A DNA stretch of 64,000 nucleotides from Thalia democratica. Its lineage: Eukaryota. A program made the position numbers and the translations under genes. The first letter of the stretch is position 1, and every line of letters begins with the position of its first letter. Under the pieces are notes generated by a model that saw only the letters and a program-made list of their open reading frames with translations, ran no database searches and was not told the origin of the DNA. The stretch is taken from NCBI GenBank assembly GCA_965202585.1, contig OZ241831.1, positions 31,372,001-31,436,000 of the forward strand, in the 5' to 3' direction. Positions 1-11,568 of the stretch are shown here, in pieces.

Positions 1-1642
1 TCTATAATTTAATAAGATAACAGTTACTTTGTTTCAAGTTTATATGTTATTGCTACAACAGCTATGTTCTTAACGACATCCGAGAATAAAATGTAACTTA
101 TCCTAAGCTGTGTTTTTAACTACATTAACAGTAAGTTAGAGATAACTAGTTACGAATTTTGAAAAGCAAAACATTTAGTCAATGAAATAAATGGTACAGA
201 ACATTATGATTAATCTAGGTTGAGTAAACTAGGAAATCACTATTAGCAGTAAAGCAGTTAAAACACATGTTTAACTTGGTAAACACTTCAATCGTAAACT
301 TTAAAAAACAGTACTGTTGTTGTTTCAAAATATGTGTCAAGAAAGTAGTAAGTTGTTCTATGTTGTTTCGACTGACTTTAAATTTATGAGAAGTGACAAA
401 ACAAAGTTTGAAAAAAAAACTTAATTGCATTATTTTCCAGTTAAAAAGTTTCAAAGATAGATTGAAAGGTTATGAGTGCTGATTGTAAACAAAGCTTTAT
501 TCAAACACTAAGTTTGTCAATCTTATTTCAAAACTTTTTCATTTCGATTTTCTTACTCGATTTTATTTTGTATATAATGCTGCTTAAAAAATAAACCAAC
601 CTCTTTTTTTACGTATAATTTTTCATCCAAAAGGTATCAGCTTTTGTTTAAGTTCAAATTTAGTGCTAGTGTGCATAAGCTTTTTCGACTTATTTACTTC
701 TTTGAATTTAATTAACTTTATTTTGTTCGGAAAATTTACAACCAAATCCATTTGTTCACTTTTATCAGCACACTTTATTCGGTTGAAATCTGCAAAGTTA
801 AAGTTCTTAGTTTGATCAAGGTTTAAGTTTAACGAGCAAAATTGCATCAGTTATTTTTTAAACTGTATAACACCTTGAATCAGTTGTTTGAAACACTAAT
901 TTTATGTTAAACTACTTACCTGTTAAACTAGTTTTCATATACACTGAAAAATAACAAAATTTGTGTTTAAATGTAGTTTACAACTTTCAAACAAGTATCA
1001 TCATAGTTACTGTACAGCACGTTTTTGAAAGGTTGTTTGGAAAACTTTGTTGTAAGGTAAGTTACTAGTATGTGCAAGAACAAAGTTGTCTAGTCTGTTT
1101 AATAAAAGTTTTGAGTACATTGCTTATGAGTATATTGATTATGAGTAATCATAACTAGTAAAGCTAAACAAAATGAACTCTTTTATTCTTTTGGAATTAC
1201 TTTTTACACATTTTTTTACACATAAAAAGTTTGAGGTAAAAAAAACCTTGTGCTTTGTTAAAACTTTATTACTTTAGGTGAGCGGCAAAGGAAAACTCAG
1301 TCGGAAGTGTGTTAACATGTTTTGTTTCATTTATGTTTTTTTTAATGTATTTAGAGGTGTGCTGTAAGATACAGGCTGTTATTTCTTGACTTTTCAAACT
1401 AATGATTTTAAAACAATTACTTTTAGAACAAGTTAGATATGGTTTCTTTCTTACTGGAACTTTTTCAACATTCGTAATAAGACAACTAAGTTTTTATAAG
1501 CATATATGTATTAAACAAACATGCTAATGCTTATATTAAGAAGTAAAAGGTACCTTGCAAAGCATAACTGCTCAACAGTCAATTCGTCACAGTCAGTAAC
1601 TCTTGCAAGTATCGTTTTGGGTCGCTTTAATATTCATTCATC

Positions 1643-2203
1643 ATGTCTACCACAGCAGTAGCAGCAGTACCAGCGCCAGCCGCAGCCAGGTCTTCCAAGA
1701 GACCAAGCGCCAAGAAGGCAGAGCACCCTACTTACAGGGAAATGATTAGCTCTGCCCTTGGAGCAATGAAGGAACGAAAAGGTACATCCCGCCAGAAGAT
1801 ACAAAAGTTTATCGCGGACACCTACAAGCTTGACCTCACAGCTTCTAATTCTCACTTGAAGAGAGCACTTACCAGCGGCGTGACCAAAGGTGCTTTTCTC
1901 CAGACTACTGGAAAAGGCGCTTCTGGCTCGTTCAAGCTTGCTCCAATGCCAGCTGCTGGGCCCAAGAAGAGGACAAAGAAAGTAGCTAAAAAGCCAGCAG
2001 CAAAGAAGGCCCCAGCTAAAAAACCAAAAAAGAAGTGTGCTCCCAAGAAGGCTGCAAAAAAACCAGCAGCCAAAAAGCGACCTGCTAAAAAGTGCGCTCC
2101 TAAGAAGGCAGCATCTAAAAAAGCTGCAAGCAAGAAGAAGAAAGTAACCAAGAAGAAGCCGGCAGCCAAAAAAGCATCCAAGAAGAAGAGCTGCAAAAAA
2201 TAA
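1643..2203 (+). CDS. H1: Linker histone H1, unit 1 (186 aa)
   Basis: Winged-helix globular domain (HPTYREMI...GKGASGSFKL), K/A/P-rich C-terminal tail, followed by a histone stem-loop. Confidence 0.97.
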   Translation: MSTTAVAAVPAPAAARSSKRPSAKKAEHPTYREMISSALGAMKERKGTSRQKIQKFIADTYKLDLTASNSHLKRALTSGVTKGAFLQTTGKGASGSFKLAPMPAAGPKKRTKKVAKKPAAKKAPAKKPKKKCAPKKAAKKPAAKKRPAKKCAPKKAASKKAASKKKKVTKKKPAAKKASKKKSCKK

Positions 2204-2220
2204 GTTGTTCTTTTACCCAA

Positions 2221-2236
2221 GGTCCTTTTCAGGACC
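2221..2236 (+). terminator. Histone 3' stem-loop of H1 (recurs in every unit)
   Basis: GGTCCT-TTTC-AGGACC followed by ACT, 17 nt after the stop codon. Confidence 0.96.
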
Positions 2237-2291
2237 ACTCTAACAAAATATAACGTAACTCAAAATGCATAAAACAATGCTAAGTTGAAAG

Positions 2292-2795
<504 letters not shown>

Positions 2796-2810
2796 GCGTT
2801 AGCTAAAACC

Positions 2811-2826
2811 GGTCCTTTTCAGGGCC
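2811..2826 (+). terminator. Histone 3' stem-loop of H3
   Basis: GGTCCT-TTTC-AGGGCC (one G-U pair) followed by ACC. Confidence 0.96.
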
Positions 2827-2887
2827 ACCTTTAAACTTTGACAGCGAGAAAAACTTAGCCAAATGTAAGTTAAGAGACTTTTTTGAG

Positions 2888-3287
<400 letters not shown>

Positions 3288-3304
3288 TCGCTTTTAGCAA
3301 ACCC

Positions 3305-3320
3305 GGTCCTTTTTAGGACC
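3305..3320 (+). terminator. Histone 3' stem-loop of H4
   Basis: GGTCCT-TTTT-AGGACC followed by ACC. Confidence 0.96.
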
Positions 3321-3380
3321 ACCTAATTCAATGTAAAAGTTTTACAACACTTTTGACAAGATTAAGCATTAGCTATGACA

Positions 3381-3432
3381 TATGCAAATTAGTTTTTCGT
3401 TCGACGCGGTTAGGTATGAGTTTTATATTGAG
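3381..3432 (+). promoter_or_regulatory. H2A promoter: extended octamer, CGCG element and divergent TATA-like box
   Basis: TATGCAAATTAG 3381-3392; CGACGCGG a few bases downstream; TTTTATATT at about 3421 in place of GTATATAAACT. Confidence 0.75.
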
Positions 3433-3469
3433 CTGTGCAAGCTATCATCACAATCATTCAAACAACAAA

Positions 3470-3850
3470 ATGTCAGGACGTGGTAAAGGATCAAAACTCA
3501 AATCTAAGCCGAAGAGCAGGTCTTCCCGTGCAGGACTGCAGTTTCCAGTCGGTCGCGTGCACCGCCTGTTGCGCACCGGCAACTACAGCCAAAGAGTCGG
3601 AGCTGGTGCTCCAGTTTATCTGGCTGCCGTTCTCGAGTACTTGAGCGCAGAAGTGCTCGAGCTTGCCGGTAACGCTGCTCGAGACAACAAGAAAAGCAGG
3701 ATCATTCCTCGCCATTTGCAACTAGCTATTCGCAACGACGAAGAGTTGAACAAACTTCTCGGAGGCGTCACAATTGCTCAAGGTGGTGTTCTTCCAAACA
3801 TCCAGGCAGTACTATTGCCTAAGAAGACCGCTTCAAAAAAGTCAGCCTAA
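3470..3850 (+). CDS. H2A: Histone H2A, unit 1 (126 aa, intact)
   Basis: MSGRGK... starts at ATG 3470; the ORF track's longer start at 3353 is a TTG. Histone fold, acidic patch and LLPKKT are present; no SQ(E/D) H2A.X motif. Confidence 0.98.
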   Translation: MSGRGKGSKLKSKPKSRSSRAGLQFPVGRVHRLLRTGNYSQRVGAGAPVYLAAVLEYLSAEVLELAGNAARDNKKSRIIPRHLQLAIRNDEELNKLLGGVTIAQGGVLPNIQAVLLPKKTASKKSA

Positions 3851-3865
3851 GTTAAAAAAAAACCA

Positions 3866-3881
3866 GGTCCTTTTCAGGACC
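3866..3881 (+). terminator. Histone 3' stem-loop of H2A
   Basis: GGTCCT-TTTC-AGGACC followed by ACCA. Confidence 0.96.
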
Positions 3882-3938
3882 ACCAAAATATTTACAACAA
3901 ACGAGAGAATTGTGAAGTGAGAGAAACCAGCTATCGTT

Positions 3939-3985
3939 CGCGTACGGAACTATGCTAATTTGCATAATTTTTCAGTATATAAACT
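3939..3985 (+). promoter_or_regulatory. H2B promoter: inverted CGCG plus octamer block, forward TATA box
   Basis: CGCGTACGG 3939-3947; CTAATTTGCATA 3955-3966 (reverse complement of TATGCAAATTAG); GTATATAAACT 3975-3985. Confidence 0.85.
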
Positions 3986-4014
3986 GGCGCCGAGACAGAG
4001 GTCCACGCATCATC

Positions 4015-4374
4015 ATGACAGCAACCAAAGGCGCGAAGAAGTCAGTAGCCAAGACCGCTCCGGTCGACGGCAAGAAGAAGCGAAGGAGGAGGAACAAAGA
4101 AAGCTTTGGCATCTACGTGTACAAAGTTTTGAAGCAAGTGCACCCCGACACCGGAATTTCCAGCAAGGCAATGGGAATCATGAACTCATTTGTCAACGAC
4201 ATCTTCGAGCGCATTGCAGCAGAGGCTTCACGTTTGGCTCATTACAACAAGAGGTCAACTGTTAGCAGCCGCGAAATTCAAACTGCTGTCAGGCTCTTGC
4301 TCCCCGGCGAGTTGTCAAAGCACGCAGTTTCAGAAGGAACTAAAGCTGTTACCAAATACACCAGCTCAAAATAA
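4015..4374 (+). CDS. H2B: Histone H2B, unit 1 (119 aa)
   Basis: The likely start is ATG 4015, 40 nt from the TATA box; the in-frame ATG at 3952 lies upstream of the TATA box. [17 protein letters not shown]...[11 protein letters not shown]. Confidence 0.98.
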   Translation: MTATKGAKKSVAKTAPVDGKKKRRRRNKESFGIYVYKVLKQVHPDTGISSKAMGIMNSFVNDIFERIAAEASRLAHYNKRSTVSSREIQTAVRLLLPGELSKHAVSEGTKAVTKYTSSK

Positions 4375-4387
4375 ACGCTAAACAACC

Positions 4388-4403
4388 GGTCCTTTTTAGG
4401 ACC
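4388..4403 (+). terminator. Histone 3' stem-loop of H2B
   Basis: GGTCCT-TTTT-AGGACC followed by ACCA. Confidence 0.96.
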
Positions 4404-7400
4404 ACCATTTGAATAGAACCAGCTGTTCATGTTTACTTAAAGTACAAGAATATAAGCTTAGTACAAATAAATTCTTATTTGTGTAAATTAAAAACTCATA
4501 TACTTGAATGAACACACTTTTTTTTTTGTTTCAAATACTTTATAAACTTGTAACTCGTTATATTGTAGAAAAAGCATTGCATTAGTCTAAAAACAGTAGT
4601 AGTGCTTGTTATCAAATGGTTTGTAAAAGATGTTTAACTAACTTGATTTTGTTGTCCGTAAGATTTTTCATCTGAATACTTTTTGTACAAAACATTTCAT
4701 TTGCTGAAGTTCTGTTGAAACATTCAATAAATAAGTGCTTACAAAAAAGTATCAATTTTTTAAACATAAATGTATATCACTTATAACATGCAAAAACTTA
4801 GTTGTAACTTTATTTTAAGTTGTTGTTGATTATTAGTAACACAACCGAGCTTTAACTTTTTAAACGAGTTCTTCTTATCAACTTAACTGCAATTGAAGCC
4901 ATGTAACACGTTTTAAAAAGTTACGAATACATAAATGAATACAAAAATGGTTGTTCAAAACAAAAAATTACAGATGTGTTTTTCAAGTAAAATAACATAT
5001 TCCTTCTTTCAAAGCTAACTTCTGTTTAGCATATTCAAGAAACATTTTCAATTCAAAACATAAACACACAAAACAAACCAGCTCATTGGTTGAAACTTGG
5101 TAAAACACAAAAAAGTAACTGCTTGTACTTTTTTAAGTAATTTATTATTCTAGTTTTCAATGTAAAAGGTACTTGTTTTAACTAGATATGACACAACTTA
5201 CTGACCTTTAACAACTCTAGTAGTTTGTTGAAAGTTATGTTTCTACATATCTAAAGTAATCAGGACCACCAGTTGATTTAAGCAGCTACTAATGTCGAGT
5301 AAACAGTGTCTAACAAGCTTAAACTAAGCGACAAAAAAATGTACAAATTTGTATCTACATTGTGCGTGTTGGTAAAAAGTAACAGTTAGTGTATTTCAAT
5401 AACTTCTAAATAAACTTTCTAAAACTGAATTTCTCTGTTTTTATTTCTACTAGTTAGTTACACTTACTTTAGTTTTTGTAGTTCCACTTGACATTTTAAA
5501 CTACTTTTGATAATGTAGAATAAGTTTTTCTGCTTCACTAGTATTTAAATGTTAGGTAAAAATATTTTTTAATGGGAATTTTCTTGTTTAACTTATTGTT
5601 TAAACAAAACTTATTCTAGTTCATTTTACTTTGTAAACTTGTTTTTCAAACACTCAATAGATATTTGTTGTTAGTTTAATAAAAAAATCAATCTGTCACT
5701 AAATAAAAATTTATGCTTAAATAAGACATTATATTAAATGAGAAGAAAAATTTACTTTGCGTTGATACTAAAAATGCTCAATGATATTTATTTAAGGTCT
5801 GATTGTCAAATAAGTATTAGTTTTATTTATCAGAATGCAAATGAAACAATAAAAAACTGTTTAAAAGTTGAACAGTGAAACTAATGTAGACAACAGTGAT
5901 TGTTTAAAACAAACATACAATTGAAATAATCTTTCTGCTTACAAAGCTCATACTTGTTTTGTTGAACTCATTTTTTCTGTGGCTATGACAAATTACAAAA
6001 TGATTCCACGGTAAAAAAGAACAGCTTGTTACAATTTTTTGTAACTCTTTTTTAAACTATGTATGAGACAACTCAAAACGACGATACTTGTTTGTTTTAA
6101 GCTATGTACTTTTTAAATCTAAAGATTAGGTGGATCACCAATTAATTACACAAGCTACTAATGACTACTAAACTCAACAACACAAATAAACATACTTAAT
6201 CAACTTTGTGGTGATAAAGAATCAAAAACATATTTTCTTCCAAGTTATAAAACCTATTATTTATTAAATACCTAGCTTGCCAAATTTCTCTACTATACTT
6301 TTTTTATGCAACTGTTAAGAAGGGAACTCTGGCTAGATAACTGCTCTAATCCTTACTTTATTGCTTACTATTATCGAATGCTTAGTGAAAAGCTTTAACT
6401 AACTTGAGTGTCTTTTTCGTGGCCTTTTTCCTTTTAACTTTCTTTTCCAAATAAAACTTATTCTCATTAACTTTGTGGACATTTTTTAATTCAATATTTC
6501 ATTTGTTTTTTAGTTTATTAAAAAAAAAACTGTGCCTACGTCACTGTAAAATCTATTTGTATTTTTCAATGAAAATAGTACGCTTAAACAGAAATAAAAA
6601 TAAAACTTTGACTTATTAACTGAAAACGTTTTAAACTGTTAATAACAAACAATGTTTAGTGTCCTTAAAAAATACTGTTCAATTACAATTAAACTACAAC
6701 TGAAACATGCTTAACAATTCAAAACTGGTGTAACACATAAATGTAAACAACATCGATTGTTCAAAAGAAAGAGAACACTATTAACAAGTACACAATTTAC
6801 AAAACAAAATACCTTAATAAAATGATGAACTTGTATATATAAATCGTTTATATTACATCTACTTACTTGATTTAAGCTTTCTAATCTTGTCAAGCATATG
6901 AAATAAACCAATTGATTAGCTAAAACATGGTACAAAGAAAAGAAGTAAAAAACTTGTTACCACTTGTTTGTTACCCTTATGTACGCTATACATAAGAAAA
7001 CTAAAATTACTGTAACTTGTTGCTTTAAGCTGTGTAGTTTTTATAAATCTAAAGAAGAAAAAAAACTGGACAAAGCAAAACCAAAACTTTTTTAGCCTTC
7101 ATTTTTTACAGCTTATTATGTGATGGTACAAGTTCCATAATAGGCAAACAACAATGTAAAACTTTAAATCAAGCAAATACTTTGTTTTATATGGTCTATA
7201 ATTTAATAAGATAACAGTTACTTTGTTTCAAGTTTATATGTTATTGCTACAACAGCTATGTTCTTAACGACATCCGAGAATAAAATGTAACTTATCCTAA
7301 GCTGTGTTTTTAACTACATTAACAGTAAGTTAGAGATAACTAGTTACGAATTTTGAAAAGCAAAACATTTAGTCAATGAAATAAATGGTACAGAACATTA

Positions 7401-8836
7401 TGATTAATCTAGGTTGAGTAAACTAGGAAATCACTATTAGCAGTAAAGCAGTTAAAACACATGTTTAACTTGGTAAACACTTCAATCGTAAACTTTAAAA
7501 AACAGTACTGTTGTTGTTTCAAAATATGTGTCAAGAAAGTAGTAAGTTGTTCTATGTTGTTTCGACTGACTTTAAATTTATGAGAAGTGACAAAACAAAG
7601 TTTGAAAAAAAAACTTAATTGCATTATTTTCCAGTTAAAAAGTTTCAAAGATAGATTGAAAGGTTATGAGTGCTGATTGTAAACAAAGCTTTATTCAAAC
7701 ACTAAGTTTGTCAATCTTATTTCAAAACTTTTTCATTTCGATTTTCTTACTCGATTTTATTTTGTATATAATGCTGCTTAAAAAATAAACCAACCTCTTT
7801 TTTTACGTATAATTTTTCATCCAAAAGGTATCAGCTTTTGTTTAAGTTCAAATTTAGTGCTAGTGTGCATAAGCTTTTTCGACTTATTTACTTCTTTGAA
7901 TTTAATTAACTTTATTTTGTTCGGAAAATTTACAACCAAATCCATTTGTTCACTTTTATCAGCACACTTTATTCGGTTGAAATCTGCAAAGTTAAAGTTC
8001 TTAGTTTGATCAAGGTTTAAGTTTAACGAGCAAAATTGCATCAGTTATTTTTTAAACTGTATAACACCTTGAATCAGTTGTTTGAAACACTAATTTTATG
8101 TTAAACTACTTACCTGTTAAACTAGTTTTCATATACACTGAAAAATAACAAAATTTGTGTTTAAATGTAGTTTACAACTTTCAAACAAGTATCATCATAG
8201 TTACTGTACAGCACGTTTTTGAAAGGTTGTTTGGAAAACTTTGTTGTAAGGTAAGTTACTAGTATGTGCAAGAACAAAGTTGTCTAGTCTGTTTAATAAA
8301 AGTTTTGAGTACATTGCTTATGAGTATATTGATTATGAGTAATCATAACTAGTAAAGCTAAACAAAATGAACTCTTTTATTCTTTTGGAATTACTTTTTA
8401 CACATTTTTTTACACATAAAAAGTTTGAGGTAAAAAAAACCTTGTGCTTTGTTAAAACTTTATTACTTTAGGTGAGCGGCAAAGGAAAACTCAGTCGGAA
8501 GTGTGTTAACATGTTTTGTTTCATTTATGTTTTTTTTAATGTATTTAGAGGTGTGCTGTAAGATACAGGCTGTTATTTCTTGACTTTTCAAACTAATGAT
8601 TTTAAAAAAATTACTTTTAGAACAAGTTAGATATGGTTTCTTTCTTACTGGAACTTTTTCAACATTCGTAATAAGACAACTAAGTTTTTATAAGCATATA
8701 TGTATTAAACAAACATGCTAATGCTTATATTAAGAAGTAAAAGGTACCTTGCAAAGCATAACTGCTCAACAGTCAATTCGTCACAGTCAGTAACTCTTGC
8801 AAGTATCGTTTTGGGTCGCTTTAATATTCATTCATC

Positions 8837-9397
8837 ATGTCTACCACAGCAGTAGCAGCAGTACCAGCGCCAGCCGCAGCCAGGTCTTCCAAGAGACCAA
8901 GCGCCAAGAAGGCAGAGCACCCTACTTACAGGGAAATGATTAGCTCTGCCCTTGGAGCAATGAAGGAACGAAAAGGTACATCCCGCCAGAAGATACAAAA
9001 GTTTATCGCGGACACCTACAAGCTTGACCTCACAGCTTCTAATTCTCACTTGAAGAGAGCACTTACCAGCGGCGTGACCAAAGGTGCTTTTCTCCAGACT
9101 ACTGGAAAAGGCGCTTCTGGCTCGTTCAAGCTTGCTCCAATGCCAGCTGCTGGGCCCAAGAAGAGGACAAAGAAAGTAGCTAAAAAGCCAGCAGCAAAGA
9201 AGGCCCCAGCTAAAAAACCAAAAAAGAAGTGTGCTCCCAAGAAGGCTGCAAAAAAACCAGCAGCCAAAAAGCGACCTGCTAAAAAGTGCGCTCCTAAGAA
9301 GGCAGCATCTAAAAAAGCTGCAAGCAAGAAGAAGAAAGTAACCAAGAAGAAGCCGGCAGCCAAAAAAGCATCCAAGAAGAAGAGCTGCAAAAAATAA
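8837..9397 (+). CDS. H1: Histone H1, unit 2
   Basis: Protein identical to unit 1. Confidence 0.97.
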   Translation: MSTTAVAAVPAPAAARSSKRPSAKKAEHPTYREMISSALGAMKERKGTSRQKIQKFIADTYKLDLTASNSHLKRALTSGVTKGAFLQTTGKGASGSFKLAPMPAAGPKKRTKKVAKKPAAKKAPAKKPKKKCAPKKAAKKPAAKKRPAKKCAPKKAASKKAASKKKKVTKKKPAAKKASKKKSCKK

Positions 9398-9497
9398 GTT
9401 GTTCTTTTACCCAAGGTCCTTTTCAGGACCACTCTAACAAAATATAACGTAACTCAAAATGCATAAAACAATGCTAAGTTGAAAGTATGCAAATTAG

Positions 9498-9989
<492 letters not shown>

Positions 9990-10133
9990 GCGTTAGCTAA
10001 AACCGGTCCTTTTCAGGGCCACCTTTAAACTTTGACAGCGAGAAAAACTTAGCCAAATGTAAGTTAAGAGACTTTTTTGAGTATGCAAATTAGTTAGTAG
10101 TAACCGTACGCGTCCGTAACAGCTTGTATATAA

Positions 10134-10481
<348 letters not shown>

Positions 10482-10663
10482 TCGCTTTTAGCAAACCCGG
10501 TCCTTTTTAGGACCACCTAATTCAATGTAAAAGTTTTACAACACTTTTGACAAGATTAAGCATTAGCTATGACATATGCAAATTAGTTTTTCGTTCGACG
10601 CGGTTAGGTATGAGTTTTATATTGAGCTGTGCAAGCTATCATCACAATCATTCAAACAACAAA

Positions 10664-11044
10664 ATGTCAGGACGTGGTAAAGGATCAAAACTCAAATCTA
10701 AGCCGAAGAGCAGGTCTTCCCGTGCAGGACTGCAGTTTCCAGTCGGTCGCGTGCACCGCCTGTTGCGCACCGGCAACTACAGCCAAAGAGTCGGAGCTGG
10801 TGCTCCAGTTTATCTGGCTGCCGTTCTCGAGTACTTGAGCGCAGAAGTGCTCGAGCTTGCCGGTAACGCTGCTCGAGACAACAAGAAAAGCAGGATCATT
10901 CCTCGCCATTTGCAACTAGCTATTCGCAACGACGAAGAGTTGAACAAACTTCTCGGAGGCGTCACAATTGCTCAAGGTGGTGTTCTTCCAAACATCCAGG
11001 CAGTACTATTGCCTAAGAAGACCGCTTCAAAAAAGTCAGCCTAA
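10664..11044 (+). CDS. H2A: Histone H2A, unit 2 (intact)
   Basis: Protein identical to unit 1. Confidence 0.98.
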   Translation: MSGRGKGSKLKSKPKSRSSRAGLQFPVGRVHRLLRTGNYSQRVGAGAPVYLAAVLEYLSAEVLELAGNAARDNKKSRIIPRHLQLAIRNDEELNKLLGGVTIAQGGVLPNIQAVLLPKKTASKKSA

Positions 11045-11208
11045 GTTAAAAAAAAACCAGGTCCTTTTCAGGACCACCAAAATATTTACAACAAACGAGA
11101 GAATTGTGAAGTGAGAGAAACCAGCTATCGTTCGCGTACGGAACTATGCTAATTTGCATAATTTTTCAGTATATAAACTGGCGCCGAGACAGAGGTCCAC
11201 GCATCATC

Positions 11209-11568
11209 ATGACAGCAACCAAAGGCGCGAAGAAGTCAGTAGCCAAGACCGCTCCGGTCGACGGCAAGAAGAAGCGAAGGAGGAGGAACAAAGAAAGCTT
11301 TGGCATCTACGTGTACAAAGTTTTGAAGCAAGTGCACCCCGACACCGGAATTTCCAGCAAGGCAATGGGAATCATGAACTCATTTGTCAACGACATCTTC
11401 GAGCGCATTGCAGCAGAGGCTTCACGTTTGGCTCATTACAACAAGAGGTCAACTGTTAGCAGCCGCGAAATTCAAACTGCTGTCAGGCTCTTGCTCCCCG
11501 GCGAGTTGTCAAAGCACGCAGTTTCAGAAGGAACTAAAGCTGTTACCAAATACACCAGCTCAAAATAA
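11209..11568 (+). CDS. H2B: Histone H2B, unit 2
   Basis: Protein identical to unit 1. Confidence 0.98.
   Translation: MTATKGAKKSVAKTAPVDGKKKRRRRNKESFGIYVYKVLKQVHPDTGISSKAMGIMNSFVNDIFERIAAEASRLAHYNKRSTVSSREIQTAVRLLLPGELSKHAVSEGTKAVTKYTSSK

Noticed and set aside
215-847. Minus-strand spacer ORFs of 74-79 aa (also 6711-6935)
   Set aside because: No recognisable domain; lengths are in the range expected for AT-rich DNA.
3353-3469. N-terminal extensions of H2A and H2B shown in the ORF track
   Set aside because: The H2A extension starts at a TTG and the H2B extension at an ATG; both lie upstream of the TATA box, so they would not be in the mRNA.
3546-3580. Engineered Cas9 origin of the H2A deletions (CGG at 3577-3579)
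   Set aside because: The predicted cut at 3573/3574 falls outside the 27-bp deletion, and identical scars in adjacent units are better explained by conversion or unequal exchange.
5835-5842. Perfect octamer ATGCAAAT in mid-spacer
   Set aside because: Lacks the T...TAG extension, the CGCG element and a TATA box; an AT-rich 8-mer is expected by chance in 4.4 kb.
4404-8800. 5S rRNA, tRNA or U snRNA genes in the spacer, as in some invertebrate histone repeats
   Set aside because: I saw no recognisable 5S, tRNA, U2 or U6 sequence. The TACTTACCTG at 913-922 matches the U1 5' end but nothing else of U1 follows. An Infernal search would be needed to exclude divergent RNAs.
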